Below are positions 37,147 through 46,098 of a stretch of 64,000 nt of DNA, piece by piece (the stretch's first letter is position 1; each line of letters opens with the position of its first letter). The notes under the pieces are model-generated. The model did no database searches. It was not told the DNA's origin and was given only the letters and a program-made list of their open reading frames with translations. This DNA is from Candidatus Omnitrophota bacterium (lineage in GTDB: Bacteria; Omnitrophota; Gorgyraeia; B26-G9), in NCBI GenBank assembly GCA_043826565.1, contig JBDRPX010000007.1, forward strand, positions 9,412 to 73,411, written 5' to 3'. A program made the translations under genes and the position numbers.

Positions 37147-39291
37147 ATGGATAATGAATCCATTATTAAATATATTAGTGAAGAATTAAATCAAAAAGCC
37201 TCTGACGTTAATAGTACGGTCAGCTTATTGGAAGAAGGCGCGACAATTCCGTTTATTTCCCGCTATCGCAAAGAAAAAACCGGCGGGCTTAATGAAATTG
37301 TGATCCGCTCTATTTTTGAAAGATGGGAATATTATAAAGAGCTCAAGAAAAGAAAAGAAACAATTATCAAGACCATCTCCGAGCAGGGCAAGTTAACCCC
37401 GGAATTAGAAAAGCAGATTCTGGAGTGTAAGGACAAAAATAAATTAGAAGATATTTACCTTCCCTTTAAACCGAAAAGAAGAACCCGGGCCATGATTGCT
37501 CGGGAAAAAGGCCTGGGTCCGCTGGCGGAAATTATGCTTAAGCAGATAATCGGCCAAGATTCTAAAGAGCAGATTGTCCAACCTTTTATAGATCCCGAAA
37601 AACAAGTCCTAACGTATGAGGATGCAGTTCAGGGCGCCGGCGATATCATTGCCGAGAAAATCGCCGATGACGCGTTTATCCGCGGCTGGGTGAGAAAACA
37701 GGTTCAGGATAAAGGGCTTTTACATTCTCAGGTAAAAAAGCAATGGGCGGAAAAAGAATCAAAATTTAAAAATTACTATGAATTTTCTGAAAGCTTGAAA
37801 AATTCTCCGTCGCACCGTGTTTTAGCTATCCGCCGCGGAGCGACAGAAGGAGTGTTGCTCTGGAAGATTGAAATTGAACAGGATTTATTTGTTAATTTTA
37901 TTAAAGCCCAAGTAATTAAAAATCCAAAATGTTTATTTAAAGATGAATTGGAAAACGCGGTGAGGGATAGTTTTACCCGGCTGATATTTTCTTCAATTGA
38001 ACGGGAAGTTTTTGTGCTGAAACTTGAGGAAGCGGAAAAGGAGGCGATTAATGTTTTCGCGGATAATTTACATAAACTTCTTTTAGCTGCTCCGGCCGGA
38101 AATAAAGTGATCATGGGTATTGACCCTGGTTTTAGGACCGGGTCTAAAGTAGTGGTAATTGATGTTAAAGGAGATTTTAAAGAATTTACCGTAATATATC
38201 CGCATGAAGAAAAACGAAAAATTCCGGCCGAAGAAATTGTGCGGGGGTTTATTAAAAAGTATAACGTTGAACTTATTGCTATCGGCAATGGTACAGCTTC
38301 TAAAGAAACTGATATTTTCATCCGGCAGTTAATCAAAAAACATAAACTTAAATTGCCTTCGGTTGTCGTCAGTGAAGCCGGGGCATCGGTGTACTCAGCA
38401 TCTGAAGTCGCGGCCCGGGAATTCCCGGATCAAGATGTTACGGTACGCGGGGCCATAAGTATTGCCCGCCGTCTGCAGGATCCTCTGGCGGAATTAGTTA
38501 AGATCGACCCCAAATCAATCGGAGTCGGACAGTATCAGCATGATGTAAATCAGTATGCCTTGAAAAACGCCTTAGATCTGACCGTAGAATCCTGTGTTAA
38601 TTATGTGGGGGTGGATTTAAATACCGCGTCTTGTGAATTGCTTTCGTTTGTTTCCGGCATTGGCCGGACAGTGGCGAAAAATATTGTGGATTTTCGCCGG
38701 GCAAAAGGACCGTTTAAAAGCCGCAAGGAATTATTAAAAGTGCCGAAACTCGGCCCAAAGGTTTTTGAGCAAAGCGCGGGCTTTTTAAGGGTGCGGGGTA
38801 ATTCCTATCCTTTAGATAATTCGGCAATTCATCCGGAAGCTTATCCGGTAGTGAAGAAAATGGCTCAGGATTATAATGTCAGCTTAGAAAAAATTATTGG
38901 TGATGAAAAACTGATTGAAAAGATAGAGATTGAAAAATATGTTACCGCAGATGTGGGGATTCCTACGCTTGAGGACATTCTTAAAGAATTAAAAAAGCCG
39001 GGCCGTGATCCGCGAAAAGAATTTAAAAGTATTATATTCTCAGATTCAATCAATACTATTGAGGATCTTTCTGTGGGGATGACTTTAGAGGGGAGCGTAA
39101 CCAATGTGACGAATTTTGGGGCTTTTGTGGATATCGGCGTGCATCAGGACGGACTGATCCATATTTCCCAATTAAGTGATAGTTTTGTGCGTAATCCCCA
39201 GGAAATTGTCTCGGTCGGTGATAAGGTGCGGGTAGAAGTATTAAAAGTAGAGATCCCGTTAAAAAGGATAGCATTAAAGAGACTTAAATAA
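37147..39291 (+). CDS. tex: transcription accessory protein Tex
   Basis: Tex N-terminal HTH, YqgF/RuvC-like domain, HhH and C-terminal S1 domain (GSVTNVTNFGAFVDIG). 714 aa. Confidence 0.9.
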   Translation: MDNESIIKYISEELNQKASDVNSTVSLLEEGATIPFISRYRKEKTGGLNEIVIRSIFERWEYYKELKKRKETIIKTISEQGKLTPELEKQILECKDKNKLEDIYLPFKPKRRTRAMIAREKGLGPLAEIMLKQIIGQDSKEQIVQPFIDPEKQVLTYEDAVQGAGDIIAEKIADDAFIRGWVRKQVQDKGLLHSQVKKQWAEKESKFKNYYEFSESLKNSPSHRVLAIRRGATEGVLLWKIEIEQDLFVNFIKAQVIKNPKCLFKDELENAVRDSFTRLIFSSIEREVFVLKLEEAEKEAINVFADNLHKLLLAAPAGNKVIMGIDPGFRTGSKVVVIDVKGDFKEFTVIYPHEEKRKIPAEEIVRGFIKKYNVELIAIGNGTASKETDIFIRQLIKKHKLKLPSVVVSEAGASVYSASEVAAREFPDQDVTVRGAISIARRLQDPLAELVKIDPKSIGVGQYQHDVNQYALKNALDLTVESCVNYVGVDLNTASCELLSFVSGIGRTVAKNIVDFRRAKGPFKSRKELLKVPKLGPKVFEQSAGFLRVRGNSYPLDNSAIHPEAYPVVKKMAQDYNVSLEKIIGDEKLIEKIEIEKYVTADVGIPTLEDILKELKKPGRDPRKEFKSIIFSDSINTIEDLSVGMTLEGSVTNVTNFGAFVDIGVHQDGLIHISQLSDSFVRNPQEIVSVGDKVRVEVLKVEIPLKRIALKRLK

Positions 39292-39352
39292 AGAGTATTG
39301 CCTCTTTCATTTTTTTTGATACAATAATATCTAAACAGAGGAGGATAGCGTG

Positions 39353-39679
39353 ATGCAGGAAAGACGAGGGTGCCGCAGATACTCGGTATCATTCCCGGCG
39401 AAGGCGATTATTACCGACACGCAGCAAGTATTTGAGGGAACGGTAACGGATATTAGTTTTTCCGGGGTGAGGTTTATTTGCGGCCAAAATATCGAAGATG
39501 ACCGGCAGCTGGAAGTAACGCTTTCCATAGAGGATCAGGAGCTTACTTTAAAAGCCCGGGTGATCTGGTCGGCAAGTTTTAACGACCCCAACAAGGTTAA
39601 TCACGGATTAAAAGTCATCGGCGTGATGTTTGACGGAGACAGAAAAGTGCTGGAAGATTTTTTCAAAAAGATTCAGTGA
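39353..39679 (+). CDS. PilZ-domain protein
   Basis: RRGCRRYSVSFPAKAI...GTVTDISFSGVRF, the RxxxR ... D/NxSxxG PilZ motifs. Confidence 0.6.
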   Translation: MQERRGCRRYSVSFPAKAIITDTQQVFEGTVTDISFSGVRFICGQNIEDDRQLEVTLSIEDQELTLKARVIWSASFNDPNKVNHGLKVIGVMFDGDRKVLEDFFKKIQ

Positions 39680-39783
39680 TATTAAACTATAACAAAGGGT
39701 TACTCCGAACCAGTCCCGAAGTTTCGGGACGATTCAGGGGGTAATTCTCCCGCCAGGGGCGGGATCATTAAAGGAGGAAAGCC

Positions 39784-39879
39784 ATGTCGAAAAGTCATGA
39801 TACTAAAAAAAATGTAAAAAAGAAACCGCTGAAAACTTTAAAGGAAAAACGGCTGGATAAAAAAGCGAAAAAACAGTAA
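39784..39879 (+). CDS. small Lys-rich peptide (31 aa) with AAAGGAGG SD
   Basis: MSKSHDTKKNVKKKPLKTLKEKRLDKKAKKQ. Preceded by two GC hairpins. Confidence 0.3.
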   Translation: MSKSHDTKKNVKKKPLKTLKEKRLDKKAKKQ

Positions 39880-39962
39880 AAGGCTTTTTTAAAAATATCT
39901 ATCCTATTTTTTAATTTCTTGCTTGTGTTTTGTTTTGCCAGTAGAATAAACCTAAGCACTTA

Positions 39963-39990
39963 AAGCCACGGAAGGTTCTGTGGCTTTTTC
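39963..39990 (+). terminator. rho-independent terminator (gccacgg / ctgtggc plus T5)
   Basis: Seen directly in the sequence, upstream of the kinase gene. Confidence 0.45.
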
Positions 39991-40014
39991 AGCTGTTGGA
40001 AAATTTTAAATAAA

Positions 40015-41355
40015 ATGATAAAGAAGAGCCGATCTAAACCCAAACAGAAGACTGTCCAAAAACTGTTTTCGGAAAAGAGAACTGATAACGGAGAACGCCG
40101 GCATTTTAAGCGCCGGGCCGCAGACCAGGATAAAACGCGCAATCATTTTAAAGAAACCATCAGCCACCAAGCTGGTGAGTTAAAAGTTAAAAATAGTCAG
40201 ATCCGGCAATGGGTAACTAAAGAAAAACTAGCCGAAGAGCAACTTCATATTCGCACTAAAGCCATGGAAGCAACGCTGGATGGTATTTTTATTGTTGACG
40301 CTCAAAAGAAGGATTTTCCGGTTATTTATGCCAATCAAGCTTTTCAGAAAATGACCGGTTATGCAAAAAAAGACATCCTGGGCCGAAACTATTTCTTGCT
40401 TTATGAAGCCCAGGCCGACGCGCGTACTTCCGGAGAAATAAAAAATACATTGGGCCAAAACAAGTCTTTTCATGGCGAGATGCTTAATTTTCGGGAAAAC
40501 GGCGAGAAATTCTGGAACTACCTGCGCATTGCTCCGGTGCGTGACGCGAAGGGCCTTGTTTCTCATTATGTGGGGATTCAGACCGATGTTACTGTAATCC
40601 GGCAGAGCGAGCAGGAGGTCAAGGAGCAGCGCGAAGAACTTTTGCATGTTACGCGTGTGGGAAAACTGGCGGAATTTGTTTCATCCCTGGCGCATGAAAT
40701 CAGCCAGCCTTTAACCGCAATTCTTTCTTATGCTCAAGCAGCTCAGCGTTTGCTTGGGGAACGAGAACCTCAGATTAAAGAAATTTTGGAATATATTGTT
40801 AGTGATGACCAGCGGGCGGCTGAGGTTATCCGGCGCTTACGGTTATTATTGAAAAAAGGCGAGCCCATATTTGAACCCCTCGATATCAATGTCATTATTA
40901 AGGAAACTATTGTGCTGATGGCCACGGATATTACGGTGAGGAACAAAATTCTTAAAACTGAATTAGCCGCGGATCTTCCGCTTATTCGCGGTGACCGTAT
41001 ACAATTACAACAGGTTTTACTGAATCTTATTAGTAATAGTTTAGACGCCATGGAAGGCCGCGATGATTTTCATGAATTAGCAATTCGCACTTATCGTAAA
41101 GATCCCGGCTGGATCATGGTCGAAGTAAAAGATTCCGGATGCGGTATCCCGGGGGAGAATTTAAAAAAGCTCTTTAAGCATTTTTTTACCAGTAAACCTG
41201 ATGGCTTAGGTATGGGTTTGTCGATAAGCCGTTCGATTATTGAAATCCATGGCGGCGGCTTAGAGGCTACGAATAATCCCGCCGGCGGAGCAATTTTTTA
41301 TTTCACTGTTCCCGTTTTTCCAGGGAAAAACACGGGAACAAAGGATTCACTATGA
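40015..41355 (+). CDS. cytoplasmic PAS (LOV-derived) sensor histidine kinase
   Basis: LOV-like VIYANQAFQKMTGY...GRNYFLLYE and ...YVGIQTDVT. H-box HEISQPL. ATPase G-boxes. No TM segment. Confidence 0.85.
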   Translation: MIKKSRSKPKQKTVQKLFSEKRTDNGERRHFKRRAADQDKTRNHFKETISHQAGELKVKNSQIRQWVTKEKLAEEQLHIRTKAMEATLDGIFIVDAQKKDFPVIYANQAFQKMTGYAKKDILGRNYFLLYEAQADARTSGEIKNTLGQNKSFHGEMLNFRENGEKFWNYLRIAPVRDAKGLVSHYVGIQTDVTVIRQSEQEVKEQREELLHVTRVGKLAEFVSSLAHEISQPLTAILSYAQAAQRLLGEREPQIKEILEYIVSDDQRAAEVIRRLRLLLKKGEPIFEPLDINVIIKETIVLMATDITVRNKILKTELAADLPLIRGDRIQLQQVLLNLISNSLDAMEGRDDFHELAIRTYRKDPGWIMVEVKDSGCGIPGENLKKLFKHFFTSKPDGLGMGLSISRSIIEIHGGGLEATNNPAGGAIFYFTVPVFPGKNTGTKDSL

Positions 41356-41978
41356 TCAAGCTTATTCCGATAATATATGTTGTTGATGACGATGTCTCCG
41401 TATGCCGGGCCTTGAGATTATTACTAGAAGCTCACGGGTTTAAAGTCCAGGCATTTGCATGTTCGGAAGATTTCCTGTCTTTTAAACACCCGAAGGTCCC
41501 GTCATGCCTGGTTCTGGATATCCAACTGCCGGATATGAACGGGCTCACTTTGCAGGAAATAATGGCGCAAAAGGGGATGTTTATCCCGATTGTTTTTATT
41601 ACCGGACACGGGGATATTCCGATGAGCGTTAAAGGCATAAAAGCCGGGGCAGTTGATTTTCTTCCCAAGCCGTTTACGAACACAAAGCTACTCGCGGCCG
41701 TGGAGCTTGCTGTTTCAAAAAGCAAAATTAAAATTAAAGAGCTTGCTGAAATAGCAAAAATTAAACGGCGAATTAAAACATTATCCGCGCGGGAGCGGGA
41801 AGTTTTTCAACTCGTTGCCAAGGGAATGTTAAGTAAACAGATTGCTTACAAGCGGGGAACTTCCCTGCAGACAATCAAAGTTCACCGCAGCCGGGTTATG
41901 CAGAAGATGCAGGCTAAAACCGTAACTGAACTTATTAATTTCGCGCAAAAAGCAGGTATTACTCCCTCTAGGCTTTGA
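41352..41978 (+). CDS. NarL/FixJ-family response regulator (REC plus LuxR-type helix-turn-helix)
   Basis: VVDDD...D...LPDMNG...KPF receiver. C-terminus LSAREREVFQLVAKGMLSKQIA...T...HR. Confidence 0.85.
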   Translation: MIKLIPIIYVVDDDVSVCRALRLLLEAHGFKVQAFACSEDFLSFKHPKVPSCLVLDIQLPDMNGLTLQEIMAQKGMFIPIVFITGHGDIPMSVKGIKAGAVDFLPKPFTNTKLLAAVELAVSKSKIKIKELAEIAKIKRRIKTLSAREREVFQLVAKGMLSKQIAYKRGTSLQTIKVHRSRVMQKMQAKTVTELINFAQKAGITPSRL

Positions 41979-42042
41979 TTTTCTGCAAGTAATCTCAAGG
42001 ACAGCAGTTCCTCAAACCGCCACACAACATAATCCGCGATTA

Positions 42043-42065
42043 TACCCAGGTACAATTGATTTAAT
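42043..42065 (+). promoter_or_regulatory. conserved 23-nt motif TACCCAGGTACAATTGATTTAAT (copy 1 of 3), NarL-like heptamer plus -10-like end
   Basis: Near-identical copies at 45351-45373 and 56635-56657. Lies 27 nt upstream of the mlaE start. Confidence 0.5.
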
Positions 42066-42091
42066 TCCGGGATCGTACTAATAATAGTATT

Positions 42092-43219
42092 ATGATACTG
42101 GAAAAGCTTGTTTTTGATTATTCCATACCCAAAACGCTTCTTGTTAAATTAGGAGGAGATTGGCAGATTTCTGCCGGGCTTCTCCCGATAACGGAGATTA
42201 CCGCGCAATTCACCAGCCATCCTGATATCGCACAAATCAATATTATTGTTTCAGAAGAGTTAGAGTGGGACAGCGGGCTTATTGCTTTTTTGCTTAAGTT
42301 GTCCAGGGAGTGCGAGCAAAAGAATATTCAGGTTGACCACAAAAATTTACCGCAGGGAGCGCAGAAGCTCCTCGAGCTTGCTTTAAAGGTACATGATAAA
42401 AATATTTTACCTCAAGAGGCGCGCGAGTCGTTTTTTGCCAAAGCCGGAGACAAGGTTTGGCAAATTTACGAAAGTCTGTGTTCAGGGCTTGATTTCTTGG
42501 GGGATATTACGGTTTCTTTCAGCCGCATAATTACAGGTAAAGCATATTTTCGCTGGGATGATTTTATGCTCATTGTCCAGAGATGCGGGGTAGATACGTT
42601 ACTGCTTGTTTGTTTGATAAGTTTATTAGTCGGAATGATCCTGGCTTTTGTCGGGTCAATACAGCTTAAAATATTCGGGGCTCAAATATTTGTTGCGGAC
42701 ATAGTCGGGATCGCCATGGTACGGGTATTGGCGGCAGTGATGACCGGTATTATTGTGTCCGGACGCATCGGGGCGTCTTTCGCGGCAGAGATAGGGATGA
42801 TGGAATCAAACGAGGAAATTGACGCGCTTAAAACATTAGGTGTTTCCCCCGTTGAATTTTTGGTTGTCCCGCGCGTTTTGGCATTAGTAATTATGATGCC
42901 GATTTTAACAATATACGCGGATCTTATGGGCATATTAGGCGGTTTTATTATCAGCGTGGGGATGCTTAGCCTTAATCCGGTTGAATATTTGAATCATACT
43001 CAAGCCGCGGTACAGCTTAATCATGTGTGGGTGGGGCTAATTCAAAGTTTCATTTTTGGGATGATTGTCGCGGCTGCCGGGTGTTTGCGTGGTATTAAGT
43101 GCGAAAGAAACGCGGCCGGCGTGGGAATGGCAACTACCTCAGCAGTAGTTACCGGAATAACCGGTATTGTAATCGCGACCGCGATCATTACATTTATTTG
43201 TCAGATTTTGGGAGTATAA
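42092..43219 (+). CDS. mlaE: MlaE-family ABC permease with N-terminal STAS (MlaB-like) domain
   Basis: About 120-aa STAS-like N-terminus, then MlaE TM core with the conserved GIAMVRVLA...GRIGASFAAEIGMM region. Confidence 0.8.
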   Translation: MILEKLVFDYSIPKTLLVKLGGDWQISAGLLPITEITAQFTSHPDIAQINIIVSEELEWDSGLIAFLLKLSRECEQKNIQVDHKNLPQGAQKLLELALKVHDKNILPQEARESFFAKAGDKVWQIYESLCSGLDFLGDITVSFSRIITGKAYFRWDDFMLIVQRCGVDTLLLVCLISLLVGMILAFVGSIQLKIFGAQIFVADIVGIAMVRVLAAVMTGIIVSGRIGASFAAEIGMMESNEEIDALKTLGVSPVEFLVVPRVLALVIMMPILTIYADLMGILGGFIISVGMLSLNPVEYLNHTQAAVQLNHVWVGLIQSFIFGMIVAAAGCLRGIKCERNAAGVGMATTSAVVTGITGIVIATAIITFICQILGV

Positions 43220-43222
43220 ACT

Positions 43223-43990
43223 ATGGACTCAACAGTACTGCCGGTTATTGAAGTGCAGGATCTTGATCTTGGGTATAACGATACCCCGGTAATGCACAAT
43301 CTTAGCTTTAGCGTAAATAAAGGCGATATTTTTATTATCATGGGGGGAAGCGGATGCGGTAAGAGTACAGTGCTTAAGAGTCTGATCGGTCTTAAGGAGC
43401 CGGATAAAGGTAAGGTTTTATATTCCGGAAAGAGTTTTTGGGATGAAGATGAACTTGGGCAAAAAAATATTATGCGGCGGTTTGGGGTTCTTTATCAAAG
43501 CGGAGCGCTCTGGAGTTCTTTGACAGTCGGAGAGAATGTGGCGCTACCTTTACAGCTTTATACTAAGTTGTCCTTGCAACAGATACAGGAAATAGTATCG
43601 TTAAAACTTTCGCTGGTAGGCATGGAAGAATACGCAGACTCTTTACCTTCGGGAATAAGCGGAGGAATGCGTAAAAGAGCCAGCCTGGCGCGGGCAATTG
43701 CGCTGGATCCGGAAATTATTCTTTTTGATGAGCCTTCCGCAGGCCTTGACCCGATAAACTCGCGAAAACTTGATAATTTGATCCTTGATTTAAGAGATAG
43801 CCTGGGCGCTACGGTAGTTATTGTTACGCATGAACTCGCCAGCATCTTTGCTATCGGGAATAACTCCGTGTTTCTTGATGCGGAAAGTAAAACTATGATC
43901 GCGACAGGCGCGCCTAAGGATTTATTAGCTGATTCCAAGGATGAAAAAGTTATTCAGTTTTTAACCAGAGCTAAAAAGCAGGGAGTTTAA
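43223..43990 (+). CDS. mlaF: MlaF-like ABC ATPase
   Basis: Walker A GGSGCGKST, signature ISGGMRKRASLARA, Walker B ILFDEPSAGLD. Confidence 0.85.
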   Translation: MDSTVLPVIEVQDLDLGYNDTPVMHNLSFSVNKGDIFIIMGGSGCGKSTVLKSLIGLKEPDKGKVLYSGKSFWDEDELGQKNIMRRFGVLYQSGALWSSLTVGENVALPLQLYTKLSLQQIQEIVSLKLSLVGMEEYADSLPSGISGGMRKRASLARAIALDPEIILFDEPSAGLDPINSRKLDNLILDLRDSLGATVVIVTHELASIFAIGNNSVFLDAESKTMIATGAPKDLLADSKDEKVIQFLTRAKKQGV

Positions 43991-43993
43991 ACA

Positions 43994-44680
43994 ATGAGTA
44001 AAAAAGCGAACAAAACAATGATCGGAGTATTTACGGCCGGGGCACTATTATTGTTGATAATCGGAATAGTGGTTTTTGGCTCGGGAATGCTTTTCAAAAA
44101 AACCAATGAATTTGTTTTGTACTTTGACGGTTCAGTTAAAGGGCTTTCCGTAGGCGCTCCGGTGATGTTTCGGGGAGTTAGTATTGGTACGGTCAAAGAC
44201 ATCAGCCTGATCTATGATTCAAAAGCGGGAACGATCATGCTTCCGGTAATTATCGAGATTGAAGAAGGCCGAATCGAAGGTACTCCGAGTTTTGGGGAAG
44301 AGGGCGGAGATAAGAAGATGATTGAACTTGGGCTTAGGGCAAAGCTTGAGGTGCGGAGTTTTTTAACTGGGGAGCTTATGATCGCTTTTGATTTTTATCC
44401 GGATGAACCGACACAGCTTCGCAATATCCAAAAAGGTTATCCGGAATTGCCTACGCTTCCTACCTCTCCGGATATTTTCGCGCTTATGGATCAGCTTCCG
44501 ATCAAGGAAATCGCGAAAAATGTAGAGGCTACTACCCAGGGGATCAATAGATTGGTAAATTCAAACGATTTGCAGAATATGTTCAAGGAGATGAAACAGG
44601 CAATGCTGTCATTCCGTTTACTTACTGAATATCTTGAGCAGCATCCGGAAGCGTTTTTAAAAGGGAAACCAGGAGAATAA
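43994..44680 (+). CDS. mlaD: MlaD (MCE-domain) protein
   Basis: N-terminal TM anchor plus MCE domain GLSVGAPVMFRGVSIGTVKDI. Confidence 0.8.
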   Translation: MSKKANKTMIGVFTAGALLLLIIGIVVFGSGMLFKKTNEFVLYFDGSVKGLSVGAPVMFRGVSIGTVKDISLIYDSKAGTIMLPVIIEIEEGRIEGTPSFGEEGGDKKMIELGLRAKLEVRSFLTGELMIAFDFYPDEPTQLRNIQKGYPELPTLPTSPDIFALMDQLPIKEIAKNVEATTQGINRLVNSNDLQNMFKEMKQAMLSFRLLTEYLEQHPEAFLKGKPGE

Positions 44681-44681
44681 G

Positions 44682-45332
44682 ATGAAACAGGTTAAGATTA
44701 ATTTTCGGGCAGTTATTAGCAGTATATGCTTTGCCGTGGTTTTAAGCGGCTGCGCGTTGATACCCACTACTCCGACACCGCGGTTTTATATGCTTGGGGC
44801 AGTATCGGAAAATTTAGTGAACAAAAAAATAAATATTTCTTTTGATGCGCTTATCGGCGTGGGCCCGGTTAAGATCCCGGAATATCAGAACCGGCCGCAA
44901 ATGGTTACCCAGGACAAAGATAAAATAATTAAATTCGCTCAATTCGACCGCTGGGGAGAATCGCTTGACCTTGGCATGGCGCGTTTGATCGGAGAGGATC
45001 TTTTAATTATTCTTCCGGAGGGGAAATTTATTTTATATCCCTGGAATTCATCGGTTGAGGTCAAATACCAGGTAGTTGTAGAAATTATTCAGCTGGATAG
45101 CGAGCTTGATAAGGATCTGTTTCTTGCGGCGCAATGGATAGTTATTGATACGCAAAATTCAAAAACAATGATCATCAAAAGAACAGAATCCCGGCATCCG
45201 ATTATCCCGCAAAACTACTCTGGTTTAGCCAAAACGCTAAGTATTGCCTGCGCCTCATTAAGCAAAGAGATTGCCGGGGAGCTGGAATCAATCTTAAAAG
45301 CAAAAAAGGATACTCAGGGGGCGGAAGAGTAA
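44682..45332 (+). CDS. ABC-transport auxiliary lipoprotein (PqiC/YmbA-like)
   Basis: Lipobox LSGCA. Operon position after the MCE protein. Matches the COG3218-like family. Confidence 0.6.
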   Translation: MKQVKINFRAVISSICFAVVLSGCALIPTTPTPRFYMLGAVSENLVNKKINISFDALIGVGPVKIPEYQNRPQMVTQDKDKIIKFAQFDRWGESLDLGMARLIGEDLLIILPEGKFILYPWNSSVEVKYQVVVEIIQLDSELDKDLFLAAQWIVIDTQNSKTMIIKRTESRHPIIPQNYSGLAKTLSIACASLSKEIAGELESILKAKKDTQGAEE

Positions 45333-45350
45333 GCAGTCTTAGGGGTATTG

Positions 45351-45373
45351 TACCCAAGTACAATTGATTTAAT
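45351..45373 (+). promoter_or_regulatory. conserved motif copy 2: TACCCAAGTACAATTGATTTAAT
   Basis: 64 nt upstream of the CheY-like gene. Confidence 0.5.
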
Positions 45374-45436
45374 TTTTTGCTGCGCCCATAATGGCATTAA
45401 AGCTAAGAAAAGGCGCAGGTAAAATATGGAGATTAA

Positions 45437-45814
45437 ATGACACTTAAAAACCAACAGGTTTTTGTCGTGGATGATGATGAATCAGTATGCCGCGCGCTGA
45501 GTATGCTGCTGAGTACGTACGGGTTTATTGTAGATGCCTTTACTTGTGCTGAGGGATTTTTTCAGGCTGTACCGAATAGTGTTTCCGGGTGTTTGGTCAT
45601 GGATATTCATATGCCGGGGGTAGACGGATGGAAAGCTCTGCAGAGAATTAAAGAATCAGGATCCAGCCGTCCGGTGATCATGATTTCCGCGGATAAAAAT
45701 GAAGAGCTTAACGAGAAAGCTTTGAAAGCCGGAGCCGCGGGGTTTTTGCAAAAACCTTTTAATGACCAGGCTTTGGTTGATTTGATTAAGGCGGCGTTGG
45801 AAAATGAAAAATGA
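45437..45814 (+). CDS. single-domain CheY-like response regulator
   Basis: VVDDDESVCRAL...MDIHMPGVDGW...KPF. Paralogous to the REC domain of 41352..41978. Confidence 0.8.
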   Translation: MTLKNQQVFVVDDDESVCRALSMLLSTYGFIVDAFTCAEGFFQAVPNSVSGCLVMDIHMPGVDGWKALQRIKESGSSRPVIMISADKNEELNEKALKAGAAGFLQKPFNDQALVDLIKAALENEK

Positions 45815-45923
45815 AAAAAATCAGGCAAAAAATACCAAACCGTATGATTATATTATAAAGCCGTTTGATTTTGACGTGCTAGGGAACAAGATAAAAAAAC
45901 TGCTGAATGAAAAAGGCAGTTAA
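45804..45923 (+). pseudogene. remnant of a second receiver-domain C-terminus (KPYDYIIKPFDFDVLGNKIKKLLNEKGS) in the +1 frame, overlapping the regulator stop
   Basis: The translated fragment matches the alpha4-beta5-alpha5 region of REC domains. No N-terminal part exists. Confidence 0.35.
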
Positions 45924-46098
45924 CGCGAAGCAGTAAAAGTAAAAGGAAGCGAATTGCCACTATAGAAGCGGCAGGGAAAGGAGCAGGTATGGAGCATAAT
46001 AGCCTGGGGTTTCGGATATAGGTTTATTTTTATCGGCGGGTTGATCGGTTGTCTGGCGGAGTAGAGAAGTATATTATTTAAAAAAAGGAAGGTGTGTA

